Shown here piece by piece: positions 30,742 to 40,316 of a DNA stretch of 51,591 nt. Position numbers and translations under genes: made by a program. Origin of the DNA: Gammaproteobacteria bacterium REDSEA-S15_B12 (lineage in GTDB: Bacteria > Pseudomonadota > Gammaproteobacteria > Arenicellales > UBA868); NCBI GenBank assembly GCA_001629395.1, contig LUSG01000048.1, positions 1-51,591 on the forward strand, given 5' to 3'. The notes under the pieces are model-generated. The model ran no database searches, was not told the DNA's origin, and worked only from the letters and a program-made list of their open reading frames with translations. Position 1 is the stretch's first letter; every line of letters starts with the position of its first letter.

Positions 30742-31081
30742 TACCCCCGGCTTAATCGAATTGGAGAGGCCTTGTCAGCCTTTTAGTAGGCAAAAGGATA
30801 GCAGATTCCCAAGTCGGGTCCGACGGTGGCCGCATGAGTATCGCGCATTGGGTCAACTCAGACGTAACCAAGGCGCCGTTGATACCACCCGGCGCATCCA
30901 GATCAGTACCGGTCAAGCAACGTCTAACTTCAGGTCTCAGACTCATAGGGTATTGTTTGGAACGCGCCTTGTGAGTATAAAGTCACGTCCTGTCTCCCGT
31001 GTGGCTGCGAACAAGAACCAGACCGATGCAACAGCAGTTCAGCCAACGCATTGACTCAGAAGAACCCGATTTATCAAGCAC

Positions 31082-32575
31082 ATGACTTTATCGCCTTACC
31101 TACTCGCCATCGACCAGGGAACCACCAGTTCCCGCGCAATCGTTTTTGACCGCCTGGGTAAAAACTGCATTACAAGCCAGAAGGAACTCTCTCAGATTTA
31201 TCCAGCTGATGGCTGGGTGGAACACGACCCCGAAGAGATCTGGCAAACCACGCTTGCTGTGTGCCGCGAAAGCCTTTCGGCCATCGAACAGAGTCCGGTC
31301 GCAATCGGGATCACAAACCAGCGTGAGACGATCGTTCTTTGGGAAAGAGCCACCGGCCGGACTCTGCACAATGCGATCGTTTGGCAGGACCGCAGAACGG
31401 CCAAACGGTGTGAAGGATTGCGAAACAATGGACACGAACCCTTCATAAAGCAGAAAACAGGACTGTTGTTGGATCCTTACTTCTCGGCAACCAAGATCAG
31501 CTGGCTGCTTGATAACGTTGAAGGGGCGCGAATCCGGGCACAAGCTGGTGAACTGGCTGTCGGTACCATAGATTCCTTCCTGCTCTGGCGCCTGACCGGC
31601 GGAAAAGTTCACGCTACAGATGCAACCAATGCGTCGCGCACCCTGCTTTTCAACATTCATTCGCAGCAGTGGGACCCGGAGTTGCTGTCACTGTTTGACA
31701 TACCCGAATCATTATTACCTGACATTCGCGATTGCGCCGACGATTATGGCTACACCGACACGGACCTACTGGGCAGTGCCATTCCGATCTGTGGTATTGC
31801 AGGAGACCAGCAGGCCGCACTGCTTGGTCAGGCCTGCATTCAACCCGGCATGGTCAAGAGTACCTACGGCACCGGTTGTTTTGCTATCGTCAACACGGGC
31901 CCGGCTGTACTCTCATCACAGAACCGGCTGCTGACGACGGTTGCATACCGTGTGTCTGGACAAACCACTTATGCACTTGAAGGCTCAATATTCGTCGCTG
32001 GCGCGGCAATACAGTGGCTTCGAGATGGCCTGGGAATCATTCAGTCCGCCCACGAATCGGAAGAACTGGCTGGCGCCCTGACCTCAAACCGAGGGGTCTA
32101 CATGGTGCCCGCCTTCACCGGTTTGGGCGCACCCTACTGGGACCCCCAGGCGCGGGGGGCCCTGTTTGGACTCACTCGCGACACGGGGATCAACGATCTT
32201 GTTCGCAGCGCCCTCGAATCCGTCTGCTACCAGACCGTTGACCTGCTCAAGGCCATGACCAACGACCATGTTCCGGAAATTTCCACGCTCAGGATAGACG
32301 GCGGGATGGCAAAAAACAGCTGGCAGATGCAGTTTCTTGCAGACATTCTGAATATACCGGTTCAGCGACCGACAACAACAGAAACCACTGCGCTGGGTGC
32401 TGCCAGCTTGGCAGCGCTGCAAGTCGGTATTATCGGGTCACTCGATGAACTTGCTGATCGCTGGCAGGAGGACGCACGATTTGAGCCGGCCATGAACGAC
32501 GTAGAGCGGCAAACCCTGCTGCGTCGGTGGCAACGTGCAGTAAAGAGTACCCGAACATTTAGCGAGAACCGATAG
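31082..32575 (+). CDS. glpK: Glycerol kinase
   Basis: 497 aa. '[18 protein letters not shown]', '[13 protein letters not shown]', '[10 protein letters not shown]', 'IDGGMAKN'. No glpF or glpD adjacent. Confidence 0.96.
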   Translation: MTLSPYLLAIDQGTTSSRAIVFDRLGKNCITSQKELSQIYPADGWVEHDPEEIWQTTLAVCRESLSAIEQSPVAIGITNQRETIVLWERATGRTLHNAIVWQDRRTAKRCEGLRNNGHEPFIKQKTGLLLDPYFSATKISWLLDNVEGARIRAQAGELAVGTIDSFLLWRLTGGKVHATDATNASRTLLFNIHSQQWDPELLSLFDIPESLLPDIRDCADDYGYTDTDLLGSAIPICGIAGDQQAALLGQACIQPGMVKSTYGTGCFAIVNTGPAVLSSQNRLLTTVAYRVSGQTTYALEGSIFVAGAAIQWLRDGLGIIQSAHESEELAGALTSNRGVYMVPAFTGLGAPYWDPQARGALFGLTRDTGINDLVRSALESVCYQTVDLLKAMTNDHVPEISTLRIDGGMAKNSWQMQFLADILNIPVQRPTTTETTALGAASLAALQVGIIGSLDELADRWQEDARFEPAMNDVERQTLLRRWQRAVKSTRTFSENR

Positions 32576-32585
32576 GACCATCCGC

Positions 32586-34226
32586 TCAGCTGCTCTTCGC
32601 ATCCTGCAGGATCATGTCGGCGCCTTTTTCGCCGACCATGACGGCTGCTGCGTGTGTATTACCTGACACCAGGGAGGGCATCACTGAGCAGTCAACCACA
32701 CGCAGACCCGTTACTCCACGGACCTTCAGACGCACATCGACGACTGCGCGATCGTCGCTACCCATGCGACACGTCCCCACTGGATGGAAAATCGTCACAC
32801 CAGTCTCCCGCGCAAATGCCAGCAGCTCGTCGTCGGTCTGAACCGAGGTTCCTGGACTGTACTCTGCCGAAATATGCGTGTTGAGCGCGGGTTGTGCCGT
32901 AATCTGCCGTGCAGTTTTCAGGCCAGCGACGATGGTAAGCCGATCGTGCTCGGTCGCAAGATAATTTGGACAGATCGCGGGCGCTGCCTGAGCATGCCGC
33001 GATTTGAGCGTGACACTGCCCCGACTGGTTGGACGCAACTGGCAGACAGACGACGTAAAGCCTGGAAAACTGTGGAGCGGGGCACCTGGCAGGTCGGCCG
33101 ACAGGGCTGCAAAATGAAATTGAATATCCGGTCGGTTGACCGCAGCTGAACTTCGAATAAATGCACCCGCCTGATTGATCCCCACCGCCATGGGACCGCT
33201 TCTCGACAACACATAGTCCATTCCCATACACAACCAAGACCATGGATTTCGCATCTGGCTGTTGGTTGTTCCCGGGTGGGTGGTACGATGAATCAGCCGG
33301 ACCTGAAGGTGGTCCTGAAGGTTCCGACCCACCTCTGGCAGATCCTGAACCACTGGAATACCAAACTGCTGTAAGCAGCGGGCTTCGCCGATACCGGACA
33401 ATTGGAGCAGTTGGGGAGACTGGACAGCACCCGCACTGAGTATGATCTCCCGCTGGGCCAGAACGCTGTACTCGGTGTGCCCACGTCGATAAACCACTGC
33501 CCGTGCCTGACTGTCCTGGAACTCAATCTGTTCTACCTGCGCATCAGTGACGATATGAAGGCCTGATCTGTGGCGGGCCGGTTTCAGATACGCGCTCGCA
33601 CTGCTGCTGCGCAACCCATTCCATGTAGTCAGCTGATAAAAGCCGGTGCCCTCCTGGGTCTGACCATTGAAATCTGGGTTTCGAGGATATCCGGCCTGCG
33701 TGCAGGCCTCCACGAAGGCTTCTGCCAGACGGTTGGGTTGTTTAATGTCGCAAACACCCATCGGTCCTGAATCACCATGATAGTCGCTGGCACCGCGCTG
33801 ATTGCGTTCCGAGTGAATGAAGTAGGGTCTTACATCGGCCCATGACCAGCCGACGTTCCCCAGTTCAGCCCACTGGTCGTAGTCCTGATGTTGGCCACGG
33901 ATATAAATCAGGCCATTTATGGCACTTGAACCGCCCAGTACCTTACCGCGCGGCCAGTAGATCTGGCGGTTATGCAAACCGGGCTCAGGTTCAGTGTAGA
34001 ACTTCCAGTTGTATCGGGGATGGAACATTGTCTTTGCATAGCCAATCGGTATATGCAGCCAGGGGTAGTGTCCGCGAGGTCCGGCCTCGAGCAGGCACAC
34101 CGTATAGCGTCCTGACGCAGACAACCTGTCCGCTAACACACAACCGGACGACCCCGCACCGATAATCACATAGTCAAACTGCGTTTGAGACTTTGCGTCG
34201 GTACTTTGTTTTTTGTCGTTTTTCAC
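32586..34226 (-). CDS. GMC-family FAD oxidoreductase (choline dehydrogenase-like)
   Basis: 546 aa. 'FDYVIIGAGSSGCVLADRLS', 'GKVLGGSSAINGLIY', C-terminal 'HPVGTCRMG' and 'DCSVMPSLVSGNTHAA'. Confidence 0.85.
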   Translation of the reverse strand: MKNDKKQSTDAKSQTQFDYVIIGAGSSGCVLADRLSASGRYTVCLLEAGPRGHYPWLHIPIGYAKTMFHPRYNWKFYTEPEPGLHNRQIYWPRGKVLGGSSAINGLIYIRGQHQDYDQWAELGNVGWSWADVRPYFIHSERNQRGASDYHGDSGPMGVCDIKQPNRLAEAFVEACTQAGYPRNPDFNGQTQEGTGFYQLTTWNGLRSSSASAYLKPARHRSGLHIVTDAQVEQIEFQDSQARAVVYRRGHTEYSVLAQREIILSAGAVQSPQLLQLSGIGEARCLQQFGIPVVQDLPEVGRNLQDHLQVRLIHRTTHPGTTNSQMRNPWSWLCMGMDYVLSRSGPMAVGINQAGAFIRSSAAVNRPDIQFHFAALSADLPGAPLHSFPGFTSSVCQLRPTSRGSVTLKSRHAQAAPAICPNYLATEHDRLTIVAGLKTARQITAQPALNTHISAEYSPGTSVQTDDELLAFARETGVTIFHPVGTCRMGSDDRAVVDVRLKVRGVTGLRVVDCSVMPSLVSGNTHAAAVMVGEKGADMILQDAKSS

Positions 34227-34307
34227 ACTGCCGAGGATAGGTCACTCCATCAGCATAGCCAATCATGAACTACATGTGGTCTTCAACACAGCCATGATGA
34301 AGTCACC

Positions 34308-35156
34308 CTACACTTTCCGGGCGACAAAACGAATTCCACCAAGCTTGCCCGCAGTGAAATAGCGCACCACCAGATCGTAGAAGTCGTCCATACTGGCAAA
34401 CACGGCTTCACCGTGCACATCGATGTGCCTTGATTTTTGTTCGCGGAAAGCGGCCATCCGCTCACGGGTAAACGCGGTCCATTCATCTGACATCTCCTGA
34501 CAGCTGACCAATTCAAATCCAGCCCTTTCGAGATCCCGGCAGTAACTTTCATAATCAGGCAGGTAATTAGCGAAAAGTTCCGTGGCCAGTTCAGACCGTT
34601 CACTGTCCGTAAATTGCACACGGGCGTAGAGATCCTCAGCATGGAGATAGCCACCTTGATCCAGGAGGCCATAACAACGTTTCAGCAGCACATCTCGCTC
34701 GGGTATGTGGTAGAGGGCAAGCCAGCTGACAATAACATCGAAGTGCTGCCCGACCCAGTTGTAGGTCAAAAAATCACCACAGGTATGGGTCACTTTCTCT
34801 GTCAATCCACAGCGAGCAGTGAGGTTTGAGGCAAGTTGGTTCTGGTCGCTCTGGAGTTCCAGCGCCGTGACCTGTGCACCAACCGTTGCGGCAATATGAC
34901 GGGCCGGACCGCCCAGCCCCGATCCAATCTCGAGGACCGAGCTGGAGGCACTAACACCGGTAGCCCGAACGGCATAATCGACCGCTTCTGTACCGTGATA
35001 ATGCAACTGATCAAATGGAGTCAGTTCATCGACGGACAGCGGCCCCTCATCTTCTTTGCCCATCTGTCGAAGTTCAGTGAGTACCCGATCAACGTGATGG
35101 TAGAGCTTCATGCTCTTGATATCGGCATTGGCCCTGTTTGATTCGCTCATGATCAT
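34308..35156 (-). CDS. Class I SAM-dependent N-methyltransferase (phosphoethanolamine / sarcosine-dimethylglycine N-methyltransferase-like)
   Basis: 282 aa. Motif I 'VLEIGSGLGGPARHIA'. 'LLDQGGYLHAEDLYA' and the C-terminal half resemble PMT/SDMT-type enzymes. The ATG directly abuts the stop of the upstream M24 gene. Confidence 0.7.
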   Translation of the reverse strand: MIMSESNRANADIKSMKLYHHVDRVLTELRQMGKEDEGPLSVDELTPFDQLHYHGTEAVDYAVRATGVSASSSVLEIGSGLGGPARHIAATVGAQVTALELQSDQNQLASNLTARCGLTEKVTHTCGDFLTYNWVGQHFDVIVSWLALYHIPERDVLLKRCYGLLDQGGYLHAEDLYARVQFTDSERSELATELFANYLPDYESYCRDLERAGFELVSCQEMSDEWTAFTRERMAAFREQKSRHIDVHGEAVFASMDDFYDLVVRYFTAGKLGGIRFVARKV

Positions 35157-36329
35157 TCAATCCACAATGTGCAGCTCGCGGGGGAAATGGGTCAGACACT
35201 TACACCCCGTCGACGTAATGTGTACGGTCTCGCTCATCTCCATTCCCCAACCGTCCAGCCACATCCCCAACATGACATGGAGCACGGCATCTTGCGGGAT
35301 GGTTGTCTGCTCATCAGCACGTAAACTGATTGTGCGTTCGCCCCAGTCTGGAGGATATCCGACACCGATCGAATAACCGATGCGGCTGGGTTTTTCCAAC
35401 CCGTAAAGATCCAGCACGTCCTGCCAGGCCCGGTGCACTGTACCGGCTGTTACACCCGCCTTCAGTACACCCAGCACCGCATCAAGCCCCTCGTTCACAG
35501 CTGACAGCGTCTGCGTCAACTTAAGCGGAGGCTTACCAAGGTGTACTGTTCTGGCGAGCCCGGCGTTGTATCTTTTGCGTGTACCGCCGATCTCAAATGC
35601 AACAGTCTGATCTTTTGCAAAGCATTCGTCGGTCCATAGCGGATGCGCTGTCGTTGCGCCTTCTCCAGCCAGAATAAGTGGACAGATCGCCGTCTGATCA
35701 CCACCAAAATCCTCGGTACCTCTAATCTGGGCGGCCATAATCTCTGCCGCAAGATCACATTGTCGTCCACCGGGCTTAACCAGATCCCAAGCTGTTTGCA
35801 TGGCGTGTCCGGCAATTGCCGCGGCCTGTGCCAGTATGTCGACCTCCACCTGGCTTTTAACCGTACGTATCCAGTTCACCAATCGGTCAGCATCGGACCA
35901 CCGGGCGTCGGGCAATCCTGACTGCAATCCCGAAAGTGCTCGTGGTGAAAAAAAGTAGCTGTCGCTTTCGTAACCGATGTGCTTATCCCCCAGGCCCACA
36001 TCATGTAGCCACGAGGCCATGAATTCAGATGGATGGGTATCATCGCGCTGCACCAGCGCTTCCGGATAAGGGACAACGCTGCGTACATCCAGATGCGTGG
36101 TCAAAGCCACTGCGCCCGCATCCATTTCCCGGCCGATCCAAACGGGTGGACCATCGGGGACCACGCACATCACCTGGGGGACATAAAATGACCAGGCGTC
36201 AAATCCGGTCAACCAGTTCATATTCGCCGGATCTCCGATGATCAAAACGTCTAGCTGACGCTCGGCCATGGCGGCCCGTACGGATGTCAGCCGACGGTTG
36301 TATTCGTCCGGGTGGAATGGGGCGGGCAT
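35157..36329 (-). CDS. M24-family hydrolase, creatinase / ectoine hydrolase (DoeA)-like
   Basis: 390 aa. 'DPANMNWLTGFDAWSFYVPQ', 'LVNWIRTVKSQVEV', 'IGYSIGVGYPPDWGERTISLR' are close to the DoeA/creatinase pattern. ATG at 36329 is preceded by 'GGAGGAG' and forms TGATG with the allH-like stop. Confidence 0.75.
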   Translation of the reverse strand: MPAPFHPDEYNRRLTSVRAAMAERQLDVLIIGDPANMNWLTGFDAWSFYVPQVMCVVPDGPPVWIGREMDAGAVALTTHLDVRSVVPYPEALVQRDDTHPSEFMASWLHDVGLGDKHIGYESDSYFFSPRALSGLQSGLPDARWSDADRLVNWIRTVKSQVEVDILAQAAAIAGHAMQTAWDLVKPGGRQCDLAAEIMAAQIRGTEDFGGDQTAICPLILAGEGATTAHPLWTDECFAKDQTVAFEIGGTRKRYNAGLARTVHLGKPPLKLTQTLSAVNEGLDAVLGVLKAGVTAGTVHRAWQDVLDLYGLEKPSRIGYSIGVGYPPDWGERTISLRADEQTTIPQDAVLHVMLGMWLDGWGMEMSETVHITSTGCKCLTHFPRELHIVD

Positions 36330-37345
36330 CAGTTGCTCCTCCATGGGTTTTTATGCAGCCCGGCAGGCTGAACAAGACAGGCGCGCAACACGACGCAGGC
36401 CCCCGCCAAGGCATCCCAGCCAGAGGAACTGCCTATTCGTTCAATGTGGTGCACTCGAGTGGGAATCATCTCTACGTTGCCTTCGATTACTGAGTTGATC
36501 GCCAGGTGCAATGTCTCAAGCCCCTGACCGGCACTCGCAGCGACCAGATGCGTGCGACTGATCGGGCCGGTCCTCGTCAACAGGTGCGGAGATAAGTCCG
36601 TATAAAGTAACGCGGCAATATCCTGACGATGGACTAGCGAAAGGGCAATAAGAACACCCCCGAGAAAGTCATCGCCGGAGGGCGTGAGCCCGGGGCCCAG
36701 ACCGATCAACTGTTGGGCCGATTCCGGCACACCCTCTACACAACGCTTGTCAGCCAGATGACTAAGCAACCATCTTTCGAGCTCGAAAACAGGAAGTGCG
36801 CAAACATGCGCTTCTCTGGTATCTGATAATTCAGCACCATGGCCGTATAAAAACACACCCAGTCCCTGCCTCGGGACCCGCCCCCTGCTGATTGCATTGA
36901 GCGCATCAAGACCACGCATCAGCGACTCGTTTGTCCAGCACGGAACCAGCGGTGGTGACCAGATTTTGGCCGGCGTCACTATGATAAGAGGTCGATTGCC
37001 AAGATGCACAGCACCCGCACAAACCCGCACAGGCTGATCGACTGCGAGATCGGCGAATACGCCCGAGTATGGTGTGGGCTCAAGTGATAGGTTGACCGGC
37101 CCGTTACCAACCGTGGCATCACCGATACAGATCCACTGACTGCCAAGATCAACGTAGACACTCCGATCGAACACGGCAGCAATCCGTCCGGATACCGACT
37201 GACTGATTTCACGGACAGCAACAGCGCCGATGCTTTGGGCTCTCAACACAGGGCCGAGCACTGATCGCTGTTCTGTGGTCAACCAAGGAAAAGCAGTCCT
37301 TGTATCTGAGTATTGGGATTCGCTGAGTTTCAATTTCTGTTCCAA
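36329..37345 (-). CDS. allH: DUF2877 protein (YlbF/AllH-like, oxamate carbamoyltransferase subunit family)
   Basis: 338 aa. 'LIGLGPGLTPSGDDFLGGVLIAL' is the DUF2877 signature as I recall it. It lies immediately after the FdrA homolog, as in E. coli fdrA-ylbE-ylbF. The symbol is by homology only. Confidence 0.65.
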   Translation of the reverse strand: MEQKLKLSESQYSDTRTAFPWLTTEQRSVLGPVLRAQSIGAVAVREISQSVSGRIAAVFDRSVYVDLGSQWICIGDATVGNGPVNLSLEPTPYSGVFADLAVDQPVRVCAGAVHLGNRPLIIVTPAKIWSPPLVPCWTNESLMRGLDALNAISRGRVPRQGLGVFLYGHGAELSDTREAHVCALPVFELERWLLSHLADKRCVEGVPESAQQLIGLGPGLTPSGDDFLGGVLIALSLVHRQDIAALLYTDLSPHLLTRTGPISRTHLVAASAGQGLETLHLAINSVIEGNVEMIPTRVHHIERIGSSSGWDALAGACVVLRACLVQPAGLHKNPWRSN

Positions 37346-37348
37346 GTC

Positions 37349-38830
37349 TTAGCCGACATTTAAACAAGCCAGCGCCAGCTCTGCAGCATCCGCATTGCTG
37401 GGCGCAACCACAACACCCGCCCGCTCCAATACACTGACCTGTCTTGCCCGGACCTGCGGATCTTCGTCTGTACCCGTGACAGATGCAATAACGACCGAAC
37501 CGGAACAGCCGTGGCGATCTAACAGCCCGGCAAGATGGCCAGCTGGATCGGCATGGGCACCAAAACCTATGACCACATCCAACAACACCACGCCTACATC
37601 AGGGTCTGACAGCGCCGCACAGACAGGCTCATCACGGACAGCCGGGTCAATCATCGGGTGTGGCCGCCCACGGGTAAACCGGTCGTCGCCCAAATCAATC
37701 ATGATGTGGTTTGCGCGCTCTGACGTGAACAAGCCTGCCCCGGGTACTGGCGCATTCGATAAAACAGGCTGTCCGTGCGAAAGAAAGACGACCTGTGCTT
37801 CTGCAGCGAGCGTACCGCCGCTATAAAGCCCCCTAACGTAGCTGCCTGCCACCGGTGCTCGCTGGACAGCCGGCAGCGCTTCCAGTCCTTTGCTGTTTGT
37901 TACTGCGGTCGCCGCTGCATCTTTTAAAGTGGTCGCGAGCTTTGCATTGTCGGGTAACGCCAGGTTGTCACTACCAACCAGGCAGACGGTGTAGCTTTTG
38001 GAACTCCTGCGAATGAATTCAGTGATCTGGTCTACAACACTAGGAGCAGGCGGCTTGGAGATGAGCACAATGTGTTGGGTTGCAACATCTCTTTCCAGCC
38101 AGTCAAGCACGGTCAAGGTGCTGATAGCGCCAACCGCTTCGGTCAGATCTCGTCCTCCAACACCTATTGCGTGCGAGATACCTTCACCGGCGTGGGCAAT
38201 CAGGCAGGATACCTCCTGCATCCCTGTGCCTGAAGCACCCACGATTGCAATATCACCGCGCGGCACAACATTGGCAAAAGCCAGCGGCACCCCGTCGATA
38301 ATCGCCGTTCCGCAGTCAGGGCCCATCACAACAAGTCCCAGATCGCGGGCTTCGCGTTTGAGAGAGATTTCTTCGGCCAGAGCCACATTGTCACTGAAGA
38401 TCATGACATTGAGACCGGCCCTGAGCGCTTTACGTGCTTCTGCCCCGGCGAAGTCACCGGGCACCGAAATCAAAGCGAGATTCGCGTCCGGCAGCTGGCG
38501 ACAGGCCGAGCGCAAGGTAAGCGGACGGAGTTCTCGCGGGGTGCTGTTCTGTTGCGCGGGGCGTTCCATCAATTCGGCTGCCCGCCGCAGTGTCGAATCA
38601 GCTATGGCCCGATCCTGTGCGCGCACCGCGACCAGCAGGTCACCGGGGCCGGCCCTAGTGTCCTCTTCCAGAAGGCCTGCGTCAGAAAGAATGTCCCAAT
38701 TGGCTGGAGTCGCCATCATCAGGGCCGCATCTTCTACACCCTGAATCGCTGTCAATTCCCGTGATATCTGCATCAGCACAACTGAGTCGAGAAAAACCCC
38801 GGCGCGTACTGTGTTGACCGTGACACTCAT
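37349..38830 (-). CDS. allF: FdrA-family protein (AllF-like; succinyl-CoA-synthetase-alpha-like folds)
   Basis: 493 aa. 'GVFLDSVVLMQISREL', 'LALISVPGDFA', 'VMIFSDNV', 'VMGPDCGTAIIDG', 'IVGASGTGMQE', 'GRPHPMIDP' are collinear with E. coli FdrA. It is about 60 aa shorter at the C-terminus. Confidence 0.8.
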   Translation of the reverse strand: MSVTVNTVRAGVFLDSVVLMQISRELTAIQGVEDAALMMATPANWDILSDAGLLEEDTRAGPGDLLVAVRAQDRAIADSTLRRAAELMERPAQQNSTPRELRPLTLRSACRQLPDANLALISVPGDFAGAEARKALRAGLNVMIFSDNVALAEEISLKREARDLGLVVMGPDCGTAIIDGVPLAFANVVPRGDIAIVGASGTGMQEVSCLIAHAGEGISHAIGVGGRDLTEAVGAISTLTVLDWLERDVATQHIVLISKPPAPSVVDQITEFIRRSSKSYTVCLVGSDNLALPDNAKLATTLKDAAATAVTNSKGLEALPAVQRAPVAGSYVRGLYSGGTLAAEAQVVFLSHGQPVLSNAPVPGAGLFTSERANHIMIDLGDDRFTRGRPHPMIDPAVRDEPVCAALSDPDVGVVLLDVVIGFGAHADPAGHLAGLLDRHGCSGSVVIASVTGTDEDPQVRARQVSVLERAGVVVAPSNADAAELALACLNVG

Positions 38831-40098
38831 GAAATCCCCAGCCTTTCTCCAAGCGCTCGAAGCGCTTTTTCAAAGCACGCCATCGGTGCTTTGACCACAC
38901 CGGCACCGACCTGCCCGATGCCGGGTTCTCGATGAGCGATCCCGGTATTGATCGTTGGTACGATCCCGGTCTCAACCACCAGTCGGATATCAATACCTGT
39001 GGGTACGCCTTGATAATTCTCACTCACGATCGTCCACTCGGGATGTTCGCCCAGCGTGATCTCTCTCATTCTGGCGGTAATGCCGGCCGCCTCGACAACA
39101 GATCCGGCGCCCACAAATCCGGCAACCGCGGGCGCTGCAGCCATTGCAAACCCACCCAGTCCGATCGTCTCAACAATGGTTGAGTCCCCCATATCCGGGT
39201 TGGCATCGGCTGCGTTGAATCCTGGGAAGTAAAGTCCTGCCGGCATCTCGACCGGCGCCGTAAACCATTCGTCGCCCAGTCCACTGATACAAATTCCGAA
39301 ATCAGTGCCGTTTCGCGTCATCGCAGTGACCACAGTAGAGTGTTCAATATTACGAACCGGGTCCATGATGGACTTGCCCATGGCCATGGCGATGTTGAGG
39401 AAAAATTGATCGTTGCTGCCCATAAATGCCAGCATTTCAGACAGATCACCGTGGTCTGCCACTACCGATGCCAGAGCAGGTGCCAGTTCGCGCACGAGCA
39501 AGCTTGAACAGGCCACATTGCGCTGGTGCATTTCATCGCCCATCGTCAGCCCGCGGGCAACCAGTGGCCTCAGTGGAATACCCCCACAGCACTGCAGCGC
39601 GCTGCCCAGAGCCGGGCCCAGCGAATCACGAATCCAGGCCAGTCTGTCCCGTACCGCCTCGTCATTACCCCCGAACCGCATCACTTTGCCCAAGCCCTCG
39701 TTGACGGTGCAATAGGCACGGTTGCCCGTTGCGCGGTTCTCGACCACCAGCAAGGGTTGGCTGCAGGTTGTCAGTCCGGTCATCGGACCTACGGCAGAAA
39801 AGTGATGGTTTGGATGAAACTCGAAGCACCCTTTTGACGCCTGAACGCCGGCTTCATCAAGATCGCGAGCCCAGCCTTCGAATACCGCCACCCCTGCGAC
39901 AGCACCGCGCATCGGACCGCACATCCTGTCCCACTCGATGGGTGGGCCGGCGTGCAAAATCGTGTGCTCTTTCAATTCCGGGATGAGCTCCTTGGCCGGC
40001 AGCACATCGATCAGTACCGGGTCACCCTGTAACAGAATCTCCAGCGCCTTTGAATTGGCCCACCGAATCGCAGGGGCGAGCGCCGCAGTGTCCACCAT
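38827..40098 (-). CDS. allG: DUF1116 protein (YlbE/AllG-like, oxamate carbamoyltransferase subunit family)
   Basis: 423 aa from 'MVDTAALAPAIRWANSKALE'. 'LHAGPPIEWDRMCGPMRGA', 'VVENRATGNRAYCTVNEGLGKVMRFG', 'TMGDEMHQRNVA', 'INTGIAHREPGIGQVGAG' match the YlbE pattern. The ATG forms TAATG with the upstream small ORF and the stop forms ATGA with allF. Confidence 0.8.
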   Translation of the reverse strand: MVDTAALAPAIRWANSKALEILLQGDPVLIDVLPAKELIPELKEHTILHAGPPIEWDRMCGPMRGAVAGVAVFEGWARDLDEAGVQASKGCFEFHPNHHFSAVGPMTGLTTCSQPLLVVENRATGNRAYCTVNEGLGKVMRFGGNDEAVRDRLAWIRDSLGPALGSALQCCGGIPLRPLVARGLTMGDEMHQRNVACSSLLVRELAPALASVVADHGDLSEMLAFMGSNDQFFLNIAMAMGKSIMDPVRNIEHSTVVTAMTRNGTDFGICISGLGDEWFTAPVEMPAGLYFPGFNAADANPDMGDSTIVETIGLGGFAMAAAPAVAGFVGAGSVVEAAGITARMREITLGEHPEWTIVSENYQGVPTGIDIRLVVETGIVPTINTGIAHREPGIGQVGAGVVKAPMACFEKALRALGERLGIS

Positions 40099-40316
40099 TA
40101 ATCTGCCAGCATTGAGAGCAAGCGTGCCAGATCTTCGTCCCCACCCGCCGGGGGGCGCCAATCAACGTGAACAACGTCGACATCCTGAGCATCCAGGTCT
40201 GTTGCAAAAACGGCAAGCCCCAGGTTGATGACCCGGGGGCGCGACTGCAGCAGTTCAGCACATACCCGACCGATGGCCGGTGAGTCGTTCTGGTCAGACA
40301 CCACTGTAGACCTCAT
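40098..40316 (-). CDS. Small (about 72 aa) protein translationally coupled to the DUF1116 gene; resembles the C-terminal extension of long FdrA proteins
   Basis: 'RVINLGLAVFATDLDAQDVDVVHVDWRPPAGGDEDLARLLSMLAD'. The stop TAA overlaps the allG-like ATG. The start is uncertain: ATG 40316 or GTG 40304/40301, each overlapping the aminotransferase stop. Confidence 0.55.
   Translation of the reverse strand: MRSTVVSDQNDSPAIGRVCAELLQSRPRVINLGLAVFATDLDAQDVDVVHVDWRPPAGGDEDLARLLSMLAD

Noticed and set aside
30707-31054. ORFs 30707-31054 (+) and 30752-30946 (-) in the epimerase/glpK intergenic region
   Set aside because: They have no start context, an Arg/Thr-rich composition and no homology recognisable by eye. 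I kept the region only as a low-interest 'possible remnant' note.
37998-38744. 248-aa plus-strand ORF antisense to the FdrA-like gene (also 37395-37826)
   Set aside because: Its composition is Ser/Ala/Arg/Thr-rich and low in complexity, and it has no motifs. It is a shadow of the well-supported minus-strand gene.
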